DNA from: a virus
Taxonomy: Duplodnaviria; Caudoviricetes
Direction: 5' to 3' (one strand)
DNA length: 28,254 nucleotides
IMG/VR virus record: IMGVR_UViG_3300030118_004184
Location: 1-28,254 of that record
The notes under the pieces were generated by a model. The model ran no database searches, was not told the DNA's origin, and worked only from the letters and a program-made list of their open reading frames with translations. Within the stretch, counting starts at the first letter, position 1. Each line of letters begins with the position of its first letter. Shown here in pieces: positions 19,228-27,348 of this stretch. The position numbers were made by a program, and so were the translations under genes.

Positions 19228-21000
19228 TTATTTTTGGGAAAGAATTTTTTTCAGTTCTTCAAACTCTTGATTATGTCTTTCATGGCTTGAAGACTGGATC
19301 GCATGTTCGGCGCGCGCTTTTATGATATCACAATATTTCGGCTCCCGTTCTATGCCGAGACAAAAGCGGTCTTCAAGCTCGGCCGCGATCATCGTCGTAC
19401 CACTTCCACAAAAAGGTTCTAACACAATACCATTTTTCGGAGTCACCAAACGAACAAGCCAGCGCATCAACTTTACCGGTTTCACGGTCGGATGAATGTT
19501 CGCAACTTCGGAAGCTGTTCTTCCAGCACCGGCTCGAGGATTGTTCAGACCAGCCGATCCTTCTTTGCGGTTTACGGCTTCATGTCCTGTTATTGTTTTC
19601 ATATCATCAAGACCTTTTTCTCTTTCTGATCTTGATGCTTTCGGACATTGGTATATATTAGCCGGCCATCTTCCGAGATAATGTACTTCTGACATTTCTC
19701 CGCTTCTGCCGACACCATCAAACTTTATTACAGGACTTAAATTTTTTGGATTTGGCACAGATGGAGGCGGATTATTCGGACCAACCCAACAAGGATCACC
19801 ATAAGCAAAGCGACAATCATCAATGTTGATCCCGCCGGTTTTATATTTCAACCAGTTCAGCGCGACCGTTTTTTCGCTCAATGGTTTTCGACAAAGTGTC
19901 GCAGGTTCAAAAGCTGGCTTTAATGCGGTTCCGATTCCTTCCGCTTGTTGTGCTTCTTCTGTGTCTGGTTTTGTTATCATTGGAATTTCTGGGGTTATGT
20001 TCCATGCTTTTCCAGTCAATTTTCCTCCCCCATGCCTCAAAGATTTTCCTACTATTTCTCTTTCGGCTCCAAAGTGTTTATCAATCGCTTTTGAAACATC
20101 GAGACTTTTTGGAAAGCCGGAGAAGTACAACCAGTTGATCGTATCTCTAACCTCAAAGCCCGCGTCTTCTAAATTACAAACCAAACGATGAATTGTTCTT
20201 GTTGCTCCAAATGATAAAATATAACCGCCGGACTTAAGCACACGGAAACATTCTTTTGCCCACTCTTCCGGCGGAAGATGGGAATCCCACTCCATACCCA
20301 TAAAACCTTTTTTTCCTGTGCATTGATATGGTGATCCTTCATATTTTGATCGATCTTGTTTTCCAACTGTTTTTTTCATAGGAGAAACCAAAGCATACGG
20401 AGGATCGGTGACAATACAATCAATCGAGTTATCAGGAAGCCGTCGCATGATTTCGAGATTATCAGCACAACATAGAAGATGATTTCCAAGATCGACAATA
20501 TCGCCGGCTTTCGTTGTTGGCTTGACACTTGTCGGAATGTTATCATGTTCTGATATTTCATTCTCGCCAGCTCTCTGAACATCTTCTTCTTCTGGACCAT
20601 CGATGATCGGTGTAAACTGATCAAAGAGTTCAATGAGTTCTTTTTGATTCCATCCGAGATCATAGGCTTCTTCTGTCTCGATGTCTTTCAAGATTTCGTA
20701 AAGCTCGCGGTCGTTCCAGTCTGCTAACTCGTTTAATTTATTGTCAGCAAGTGCGAGCTTTTCCGCTTCTTCTGCAGAGAGATCTAAAAAGTGGACCGGT
20801 ACTTTTTCAAGCTTCATATGTTGAGCGGCTTTGTATCTTGTATGACCGGCGATGATTGTCCCGTCTTTGTTGGCGACGATAGGAGCCGCAAAACCGAACT
20901 TCTTTATTGATGAAACGACTCGATCAACAACGTGATCATTTTCTCGAGGATTACCACTCCAAGGAGTAAGGTCTTCAAGCTGTACATATTTCAAACGCAT
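19228..21000 (-). CDS. ParB-like N-terminal domain fused to an N6A/N4C DNA methyltransferase (beta class)
   Basis: NPREN...FGF..PI...IIAGHTR...LADNK (ParB-like), then VTDPPY, HPTVKP and EPFCGSGTT; GAGG RBS before MRLKY. Confidence 0.9.
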   Translation of the reverse strand: MRLKYVQLEDLTPWSGNPRENDHVVDRVVSSIKKFGFAAPIVANKDGTIIAGHTRYKAAQHMKLEKVPVHFLDLSAEEAEKLALADNKLNELADWNDRELYEILKDIETEEAYDLGWNQKELIELFDQFTPIIDGPEEEDVQRAGENEISEHDNIPTSVKPTTKAGDIVDLGNHLLCCADNLEIMRRLPDNSIDCIVTDPPYALVSPMKKTVGKQDRSKYEGSPYQCTGKKGFMGMEWDSHLPPEEWAKECFRVLKSGGYILSFGATRTIHRLVCNLEDAGFEVRDTINWLYFSGFPKSLDVSKAIDKHFGAEREIVGKSLRHGGGKLTGKAWNITPEIPMITKPDTEEAQQAEGIGTALKPAFEPATLCRKPLSEKTVALNWLKYKTGGINIDDCRFAYGDPCWVGPNNPPPSVPNPKNLSPVIKFDGVGRSGEMSEVHYLGRWPANIYQCPKASRSEREKGLDDMKTITGHEAVNRKEGSAGLNNPRAGAGRTASEVANIHPTVKPVKLMRWLVRLVTPKNGIVLEPFCGSGTTMIAAELEDRFCLGIEREPKYCDIIKARAEHAIQSSSHERHNQEFEELKKILSQK

Positions 21001-21676
21001 GATTTGCCTCAAATAGCTTTGATTGTAATTTATGATTTTGTATTCTCTTTAATGCTCTTTGAAAATAGACTTCTGATATTTCACAACCAACAAAATCACA
21101 GCCTTTGATCATGCAAGCAATAGCCAACGATCCAGATCCAAAATGTGAATCGAACACTTTTAACTTTTTACCCTTCATTGATTTGATTTCTATATCAAGG
21201 ATCTGTTCATATAGATCGATCGGCTTTTGACATGGATGAATTGTTTCGCATCTTCTATTTACGTTTTGCCATTTGCTATTAATATGGATTACTTTCGTGA
21301 ATCGGCTATAACTTGCGATCTCACAAGTTGATAGATTAGAAGAAAGCGGAACGCCTTTTAACCAGATCAAAGCTCCAGACTTGCCAACAAATTGATTAAA
21401 ATAGTTTGCTCCGAAAATTACTTGATGCTTTGATATTCTTAAAAGTTCATCAAAATATTTTTTATCTGGTTTCGTTTCATTCCAGTCGACATGTTCTTTT
21501 CGAGTTGTCGGTGTTCTTTGTTGTGACTTTGCATTTTTATTTTTTGGACCATGATTTGGATATTTTTTTGTCCAGTCTCCTATACCGTAAGGAGGATCGA
21601 CGATTCCGATATCAAAATAATCGTCGGTGTAATTTTTCATTACATCAATACAATTTTTGTTCAGTAGTTTTATCAT
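20975..21676 (-). CDS. N6A/N4C DNA methyltransferase (beta class)
   Basis: IVDPPYG, HPCQKP and DSHFGSGS motifs. Confidence 0.9.
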   Translation of the reverse strand: MIKLLNKNCIDVMKNYTDDYFDIGIVDPPYGIGDWTKKYPNHGPKNKNAKSQQRTPTTRKEHVDWNETKPDKKYFDELLRISKHQVIFGANYFNQFVGKSGALIWLKGVPLSSNLSTCEIASYSRFTKVIHINSKWQNVNRRCETIHPCQKPIDLYEQILDIEIKSMKGKKLKVFDSHFGSGSLAIACMIKGCDFVGCEISEVYFQRALKRIQNHKLQSKLFEANHAFEICTA

Positions 21677-22043
21677 TGTCAGCCCGATAAAAGAATGTTG
21701 AAACTATATGTCCGTTGACATAGTATATCAGTTGGAAATATTTTCGGCACATCGTTACATCTTTTTGTTCAATCTCGTTCTTTCTTCTGAACATATCACC
21801 TTGATATAATCCATTCCGGACGGTCATCTTCTTGACGTCTTCAAAAGGTGAATCAAGATCGATCCTTCTTTTGGTCAACACAAAGAACCGCCGATCGCAA
21901 ATCGTAAGTATCAAACCATGATTATTTTCAGCTTGGCAAACAATAACATTATGAGCCGTAGAAGAACCGATCGACAAATACAGTCGATTGATCAAGGTTA
22001 GCTTTTTTCTCCAATAGCCGCAATGATGATCGATCTTATTCAT
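21645..22043 (-). CDS. Hypothetical protein
   Basis: Fills the operon; start MNKIDH overlaps the upstream stop. Confidence 0.55.
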   Translation of the reverse strand: MNKIDHHCGYWRKKLTLINRLYLSIGSSTAHNVIVCQAENNHGLILTICDRRFFVLTKRRIDLDSPFEDVKKMTVRNGLYQGDMFRRKNEIEQKDVTMCRKYFQLIYYVNGHIVSTFFYRADNDKTTEQKLY

Positions 22044-22233
22044 TGAGTGCCTTGATGATTGCTTTGATGATCCAATCATTGTGATCGGTCTTCTCTTTTT
22101 GAGCGCGCTCTTTTACCGCGAGAAGAATCTCACCGTTCAGCTGCAGGAGCGGAACAAATGAAGTCGTTACACCTGATTTCCTGATTCGTTTGTTTGCATA
22201 TTCATAATATGCCTTTTTAACTTCTTTATCCAT
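22036..22233 (-). CDS. Small DNA-binding protein, ribbon-helix-helix-like (putative)
   Basis: LLQLNGEILLAVKERAQKEKTDHNDWIIKAI fits a strand-helix-helix pattern. Confidence 0.5.
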   Translation of the reverse strand: MDKEVKKAYYEYANKRIRKSGVTTSFVPLLQLNGEILLAVKERAQKEKTDHNDWIIKAIIKALNE

Positions 22234-22246
22234 AAAACACCAAAGT

Positions 22247-22269
22247 AAAAAAACCGGCTCGAAAGCCGG
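22247..22269 (-). terminator. Rho-independent terminator
   Basis: Minus strand CCGGCT-TTCG-AGCCGG followed by a T run, downstream of the 22290 ORF. Confidence 0.7.
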
Positions 22270-22289
22270 CTGTAGTATAACATGATTTT

Positions 22290-22472
22290 TTATTGATATT
22301 TGTACGCGTTGAAATGACCAGTTGATACAGGTTTTCCACCAAAGCGAATTGACATTTCAAGAACCTGTATCTCAACAACTGAAAGATCAAAGACCTCCTG
22401 ATAATCGTATATATTGATATCGACTATCTTCTTTGTATTATTTTGGATGTCTTCTATCATGTACAGCATCAT
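22290..22472 (-). CDS. Hypothetical protein
   Basis: Co-oriented small ORF ending before a terminator; start uncertain. Confidence 0.5.
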   Translation of the reverse strand: MMLYMIEDIQNNTKKIVDINIYDYQEVFDLSVVEIQVLEMSIRFGGKPVSTGHFNAYKYQ

Positions 22473-22517
22473 AACCACAAATGAAAATAAAGATATCGGA
22501 TGTCAAACATATAAACC

Positions 22518-23234
22518 TCAAAGGATCGATCTATCTATTCGCAAAGTAACACTGGCTTTCATTTTGTCCAGATCGGGCCGGTCAAGTTCTGGCCCATATA
22601 GCAGATCGAGAACTTCATTGAGTACGCCGGCCGAATGACAGCCGAGGAAGTCGAGCATATGAGGGTTGTCAAAATCACCTCTTTCGACAAGCTTGTTCAG
22701 CTTCTTATAGTAGAGGTTCTTTTGTTCTTTGTTATAGTTGATTGCGATCTTCTCGATCCATTCCTTCATAGCTTTACCGGCGCGCGATCGATCTTTTCTT
22801 GTTGGCTCGATTCCTTCAGTCAACCACGCCCACATTCTCCAATACTTCTCGCGGACCTCTTCGGGGAAGTCCATCCGGTTTGCGGACCTTTCAATTATCT
22901 TGTCATACATCACCATATAGTACGGCATGTTCTTAATATCTCGATCCTTGGTTTGTAGCTTCGGCCGCTTTACTCTTCCAAGCCAGCTGGTCAAGAAGTC
23001 GATCCACTCGTTCACCTTCCAGCGTTTCGCCGATTGCTTTGATCGTAGCCATTCGTCGATCTTGTCAAGCTCGAAGTATATGTCAACCTTTGACGGGTTA
23101 GGAATGTTGGCGAAAACCGCGAGCGGCTTTCTGTCTTGTGAGGTGCTCCATCCGTGCGCGTTATATAGATCGACGAATCGAGCTTGAAGTGGACTCATGT
23201 TATATTCCTCTTCAAGAGTTAGAATCAAACTCAT
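22518..23234 (-). CDS. Replication-initiator-like protein (putative)
   Basis: ELDKIDEWLRSKQSAKRW...FLTSWLGR resembles the C-terminal helical domain of phage replication O-like proteins; strong AAGGA RBS; next to an AT-rich non-coding region. Confidence 0.5.
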   Translation of the reverse strand: MSLILTLEEEYNMSPLQARFVDLYNAHGWSTSQDRKPLAVFANIPNPSKVDIYFELDKIDEWLRSKQSAKRWKVNEWIDFLTSWLGRVKRPKLQTKDRDIKNMPYYMVMYDKIIERSANRMDFPEEVREKYWRMWAWLTEGIEPTRKDRSRAGKAMKEWIEKIAINYNKEQKNLYYKKLNKLVERGDFDNPHMLDFLGCHSAGVLNEVLDLLYGPELDRPDLDKMKASVTLRIDRSIL

Positions 23235-23235
23235 A

Positions 23236-23268
23236 TTGATTATCCTTTTTTTGAGTGTTGAGTGTTTG
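23236..23268 (-). promoter_or_regulatory. Shared leader motif (AACACTC)n-AAGGATAATCAA before the 23234 start
   Basis: CAAACACTCAACACTCAAAAAAAGGATAATCAATATG; same motif precedes starts at 27307, 27827 and 28051. Confidence 0.8.
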
Positions 23269-23509
23269 TTTTTCGGCGGAGGTTAGCAATTTTTTTTTGT
23301 TTTATTTTTTTGATAAAAATTTACTATTTTTGTGTTTCTATGAAAAAAATTAAAATAATCCAGACATTGGAACAATTACTAACACTACGTTGTTATGTAA
23401 CACGTTTTGACGTCAAAAATCAAATGTTTCTTGTCAAATCTTGGATCGCTCTTTCGTTGATAGGTCAACATATCCGGCTGATCTTAGAATCGATTTTTGA
23501 GCCGGTTTT

Positions 23510-23622
23510 ATTGGTTCAACCAATATCTGAGTTTCAAATCTCAGCGATCTTTGTGTACAGAGCTGCAGCTCTCGCGAAGAAAACGACTCAGATTGCAAGG
23601 TTAGATAATTGGTTCAACCACT
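23510..23622. repeat. ~110-bp imperfect palindrome, copy B
   Basis: Inverted homologue of 102-213; central perfect palindrome AGAGCTGCAGCTCT; TTGGTTCAACCA at both ends. Confidence 0.9.
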
Positions 23623-23636
23623 TAGAAGGAGGAAAG

Positions 23637-23674
23637 AAAAACCGCCGATCGTGGGGCTGACTCCAGATCGGCGG
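23637..23674 (-). terminator. Rho-independent terminator after the fibre gene
   Basis: 9-bp stem CCGCCGATC/GATCGGCGG followed by TTTTT on the minus strand. Confidence 0.75.
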
Positions 23675-23718
23675 CTGGTCGCGTAGGAGAAACAACAGAA
23701 GTTGTTCGCGACCGTTCC

Positions 23719-25557
23719 CTATGTCAGATAATCAACGATAATAGAATCACCATTTGGAGCGGCTCCGAAAGTTACAGCACAAACAGAAGAGGTTCCATCG
23801 TTGGCGACACTATATTCTGAACTGTCAGAAGGTGAAGCAACCTTTTTACAACGTAGACCGTTTCGGAAAACTTGGACACGATCAAAGAAGTTAGCATTGA
23901 CAGCACGACCAAGATCATATTTGGTGTTTGTGGTTCCACTGAATGATTCGGTGTATGCTCGGAAGCCTACCTTCTCGATCAAAACAGCACCCGAAGCGAG
24001 TTCCGATGATCCGACCGCATCGTCGGCGATTTCCGAACTTCCGACCGCGTTGTTTTGTATGGCTGCAGCATTTACACAGTTGGCCGCTAACATGCTGGTT
24101 TGAATACCGCCGGCCGCAACTGATAGACCATTTGAAGAATCGAGCGCAAGTGACGAGCCATCGAGATCAATGGAAAGTGTTAAGGTTCCGCCGAGACTCA
24201 AAGATCCTCCACCCTGCAAACCATCACCGCTCACCACGGAAACAGAAGAAGAAGCGAGCTTGTCATTTGTTACGGCCGAGTCTGGAATTTTTGCGGTTGT
24301 GCAACTGTCATCTTGTAGTTGAGCCGATCCGACTCCAGCATCTGAAATCTTCAAACCAGATACGGACTTGCTAAGACTGGAGCCTTCAAGTTGTAAGTTA
24401 ATAGTTTTTGAGCCGCCTAAAGAAATCGCGCCGGATGCAATCGAAACACCGTCACCGCCGGAAAGAGTAACGGCTGAATTCTGGAGTTTTGCGTTTTCGA
24501 TAGATCCCGCTAACATTGAGTTCTCAACAGCAGCGGCTTTTATCGTTACGATTCCACTATTTGAAATTGTTACATCACCGTCTATTGTTGTTGCGGTTGG
24601 TCTGTTTGAGGCATTTCCCATGATCACTTTGCCAGCTGCGACGTTTTCGACTTTTACCAAGCTGACATTCGCATCGACAATGTTTCCAGTTTGCACGGAA
24701 TTTGCTGCAAGTTTGGCCGCGGTGACTCCTCCACTTGCAACCGAGATCCCGCTTCCGCTCACCGTGATCGAAGAATCCGCGGCCACGGCTGCGACTGTTA
24801 CACTGGCTCCGAGTGCGGTTGATCCACCGCCGGACAAACCAGATCCCGCATTGACAGTGATGCTACTATTCGCAAGCTTTCCGTTTGAGATTGTCGATCC
24901 GGCGATCATAGCGTCTTGGATACCGGAAGCTTTGATCTCAAGTTGACCAGATCCATTTGTACCGATCGAAGAGTCATCAAACTTAACTGATAATGTATTT
25001 GATGAAAGATCGAGTGCGGTTCCGGCTTGGCGACCTCCGTTTGTGGATGAAAACAAGATCCAGCTTTGTGAAGCAAAGCTTGAAAGCTCGGCACTTTGTA
25101 AATACCCTTTATCGGCTGAAGTTCCTTCTCGGATGAAAACCGCGGCTGACTGAAGCTCGGCAAAGGTGTCCGCATCCGCGGCTCGGGCCAAAGCTCCACC
25201 GGCTGAACTCCAAACATAGATCCCATTTTCAGAACCAGTACTTTGAGCAGTCAAAAGAACTCTATCATCCGCGGCCATACTGATTCCGTCGATGGTCGCC
25301 GGAGCGTCTGAAATATCAACGTTTGAGGAAGATCGAACACGAACAGAATCATGCCAAGAAAGACCTTGTAGTTTGTTATCGACATAAGATTTGCTAACGA
25401 CTTGATTTGCTGCAGTTGGTGTAGCGTTGATCGTAGGGATTGCGGTAAAACCGAAAACTTGAGAAAGATCGAGCTTTGCGGGTTGGATGGAACCGGCGAG
25501 CTTGTCATTTGTGACTTCACCGTTTTTTATCTGATCGGCTATGATTTGAATTGCCAT
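23719..25557 (-). CDS. Fibre/spike-like virion protein with Ser/Gly/Ala repeats
   Basis: SKSYVD..QGLSWHDSV...DRVL..Q....ENGIYV fibre-type domain; repeated SSITV.AG.GL.GGG and VT..KLA units; TAGGAG RBS. Confidence 0.75.
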   Translation of the reverse strand: MAIQIIADQIKNGEVTNDKLAGSIQPAKLDLSQVFGFTAIPTINATPTAANQVVSKSYVDNKLQGLSWHDSVRVRSSSNVDISDAPATIDGISMAADDRVLLTAQSTGSENGIYVWSSAGGALARAADADTFAELQSAAVFIREGTSADKGYLQSAELSSFASQSWILFSSTNGGRQAGTALDLSSNTLSVKFDDSSIGTNGSGQLEIKASGIQDAMIAGSTISNGKLANSSITVNAGSGLSGGGSTALGASVTVAAVAADSSITVSGSGISVASGGVTAAKLAANSVQTGNIVDANVSLVKVENVAAGKVIMGNASNRPTATTIDGDVTISNSGIVTIKAAAVENSMLAGSIENAKLQNSAVTLSGGDGVSIASGAISLGGSKTINLQLEGSSLSKSVSGLKISDAGVGSAQLQDDSCTTAKIPDSAVTNDKLASSSVSVVSGDGLQGGGSLSLGGTLTLSIDLDGSSLALDSSNGLSVAAGGIQTSMLAANCVNAAAIQNNAVGSSEIADDAVGSSELASGAVLIEKVGFRAYTESFSGTTNTKYDLGRAVNANFFDRVQVFRNGLRCKKVASPSDSSEYSVANDGTSSVCAVTFGAAPNGDSIIVDYLT

Positions 25558-25568
25558 TTGTGGAACTC

Positions 25569-25826
25569 CTATAAAGGTTGATAGAATACAAGAAGAGTCG
25601 ATCCCGTGGAAGGGATGAATGATGTCTGAAAGGTTGATCGAGATAGTTCTGTAATTTCGACGCCATTTCTTTGCGCGAGTCCATTAAAGAACACAAGTAT
25701 ACTACCACGACGAAATGGTTTAAGCGTGAAAATCCTTGTAGAATTATCAATTTGATCACTGAGATCTATCATATCAAAAGATCGACCATTTGAACCACCG
25801 TTTCTTGTAAAGACATTCGATATCAT
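25569..25826 (-). CDS. Small beta-sandwich virion/fibre-associated protein
   Basis: VFFNGL.Q...F...P..GS.L.V.Y pattern resembles the C-terminal domain of the adjacent fibre (VFRNGL...FGAAPNGDSIIVDY). Confidence 0.55.
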   Translation of the reverse strand: MISNVFTRNGGSNGRSFDMIDLSDQIDNSTRIFTLKPFRRGSILVFFNGLAQRNGVEITELSRSTFQTSFIPSTGSTLLVFYQPL

Positions 25827-26221
25827 GATGTCACCTCATAAGTCAAAGTAACAGAATCAATATTGACTGTTCCGGTGTCGGTATTCAAAAAAAGATATAA
25901 CTTCTCGGCTTCACTTGATACATATCGCATATCTATCGAATAGACAGCTGCACCGCTCGAAGTGGTTGTAAGACCAAACGCGATCGATGAATCAGTATCC
26001 GGAATGATGATTTTGTCGCCGGCTGTATCTTCAGCGAGTCGGATTGTCATAGCGGTCGGTGATGAGGCCGCACTTGATACCCTGATCCAAAGCCCGCGAA
26101 GTATTCCATTGAACACCGATCGAAAGTTAAAGTCGAGATCGACGTCGATCTTCTTGTTGACATCCATCGTCGATGATACACCGGTCACCGAGCTTGTAAT
26201 TGTCTTTGATAATATTCTCAT
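25823..26221 (-). CDS. Hypothetical beta-rich structural protein
   Basis: Ser/Thr-rich; coupled by ATGA overlap to the fibre module. Confidence 0.55.
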   Translation of the reverse strand: MRILSKTITSSVTGVSSTMDVNKKIDVDLDFNFRSVFNGILRGLWIRVSSAASSPTAMTIRLAEDTAGDKIIIPDTDSSIAFGLTTTSSGAAVYSIDMRYVSSEAEKLYLFLNTDTGTVNIDSVTLTYEVTS

Positions 26222-26241
26222 AAGTCAGCCCAAAAAAAAAT

Positions 26242-26269
26242 AAAAAAAAAGCGGCCCACCGTGGACCGC
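26242..26269 (-). terminator. Rho-independent terminator
   Basis: GCGGTCCA-CGG-TGGGCCGC followed by T9. Confidence 0.85.
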
Positions 26270-26305
26270 TCAAAACACTCAACAAGGATAATCAAGATCC
26301 ATGTC
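26242..26305 (-). ncRNA. Putative ~60-nt antisense sRNA against the shared leader/RBS motif
   Basis: Lies between a sigma70-type promoter and a terminator; contains UUGAUUAUCCUUGUUGAGUGUUUUG, complementary to four leaders. Confidence 0.72.
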
Positions 26306-26310
26306 ATAGT

Positions 26311-26339
26311 GTTATACCTTTTTCGTGATCTATGGTCAA
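26311..26339 (-). promoter_or_regulatory. Sigma70-type promoter
   Basis: TTGACC-17 bp-TATAAC. Confidence 0.75.
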
Positions 26340-26403
26340 ATGAAAAATACGATTCCAAAGATCACAAGTGACATTACAAGAATATCAATGAAGTTCTCGT
26401 CGC

Positions 26404-26658
26404 TCATGGTTGCAACTCCTTGGAGAGCTTCCGAACCGCTAACCGGATTAATTTGGATCTGGTCACCTTTCCTTTTCGTGACTCGCTAAGGATTGAACCT
26501 ATCCGGTCAAGCTCGGCCATGATAGCCGGATCATCTTTGAAAGAATAGGTCTTGAAGTTCTTATCGTCGCCGGCCGGTATTAAATCGGTCCCGCAATATT
26601 TGCAGGTGAGTGAGGGGCGTAGAGTCTTGTTTTTATATCCGCATTTTGAACATTTCAT
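26404..26658 (-). CDS. Zn-ribbon plus ribbon-helix-helix transcriptional regulator (putative)
   Basis: CSKC...CKYC, then YSFKDD.AIMAELDR...TRSKLIRLAV (CopG/Arc-like); ATGA overlap. Confidence 0.65.
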   Translation of the reverse strand: MKCSKCGYKNKTLRPSLTCKYCGTDLIPAGDDKNFKTYSFKDDPAIMAELDRIGSILSESRKGKVTRSKLIRLAVRKLSKELQP

Positions 26659-26936
26659 TTTATTTTTTCCTCGGTTAGTGTTGTACACCATACACAAATG
26701 TTTTTGTGTAGTTTAATTTTATAATCTCGCGTGAATGATTGTATCTTCACACCGCGATAGTTTGTTCTGATCGTTGATGTTTCGAAAACTGGTTTTATAT
26801 CAGTCCAAGCTTGATAGAAGCTTGATCTTGTTACGTAGATATTGAGGACCGATCCGCTCATGCGAACATCTTCAACGATAAGATCGAATTTGCTGATATA
26901 ATATCCGACCATCTTAAATAGTTTCGCGTGATTCAT
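26655..26936 (-). CDS. Hypothetical protein
   Basis: Coupled at both ends (TAATG and ATGA overlaps). Confidence 0.6.
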   Translation of the reverse strand: MNHAKLFKMVGYYISKFDLIVEDVRMSGSVLNIYVTRSSFYQAWTDIKPVFETSTIRTNYRGVKIQSFTRDYKIKLHKNICVWCTTLTEEKIK

Positions 26937-27307
26937 TATGCTACCTTTTGAAAGAGTGGAAGTTGACCGATCGTCTGATAGGCTGTTTTTTGTTTCATGG
27001 CGATGGTTTGATCTGGAAGATCAAGAGCCAGCTGCAGCCGAACCTTTGCAACAATCGCCGGAGGTGCGAACTGCTCAAGGCTCTTCGTGTGTTTTTTGCT
27101 GTTGCAACTTCGGCAACAGGTGACGAGGTTATCATTTGAATGATCTTCAATATCTCGACCGCGCCAAGTTTTTCGACGGGAGGCATCAACATGGTCGAGA
27201 GTAAGGTCTTGAGAAGATCCGCAATATACACATGCATGATTATCTCTTGCATAGATTTGCCATCTTCTTTTTATTGCGATCCATTTGCTTCCGTTCTTAT
27301 GTGTCAT
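26936..27307 (-). CDS. HNH endonuclease (McrA-like, Zn-binding)
   Basis: RDNHACVYCG...LTLDHV...NLVTCCRSCNSKK. Confidence 0.9.
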   Translation of the reverse strand: MTHKNGSKWIAIKRRWQIYARDNHACVYCGSSQDLTLDHVDASRRKTWRGRDIEDHSNDNLVTCCRSCNSKKHTKSLEQFAPPAIVAKVRLQLALDLPDQTIAMKQKTAYQTIGQLPLFQKVA

Positions 27308-27320
27308 TTGATTATCCTTT

Positions 27321-27348
27321 GAGTGTTGAGTGTTGAGTGTTGAGTGTT
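27321..27348. repeat. Four tandem GAGTGTT heptamers in the HNH leader
   Basis: (GAGTGTT)x4 read directly from the sequence. Confidence 0.95.

Noticed and set aside
22274-22282. Extended -10-like TGTTATACT just upstream of the 22247 terminator
   Set aside because: No -35 element, and the transcript would be only the hairpin; not enough support to call a promoter or sRNA
23510-23622. Repeat pair as DGR template/variable region or integron attC
   Set aside because: No reverse transcriptase or integrase, mismatches are not adenine-specific, both copies are intergenic, and no paired RYYYAAC/GTTRRRY ends
23262-23660. 132-aa plus-strand ORF
   Set aside because: No RBS, runs against all other genes and through poly-T tracts and the palindrome; the homologous copy A has an indel and an early stop
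26274-26309. Plus-strand leader copy followed by ATG TCA TAG
   Set aside because: Only two codons and no plus-strand promoter seen; the flanking promoter and terminator both point to a minus-strand RNA
27321-27348. Heptamer repeats as a CRISPR array
   Set aside because: Units are 7 bp with no spacers, and there are no cas genes
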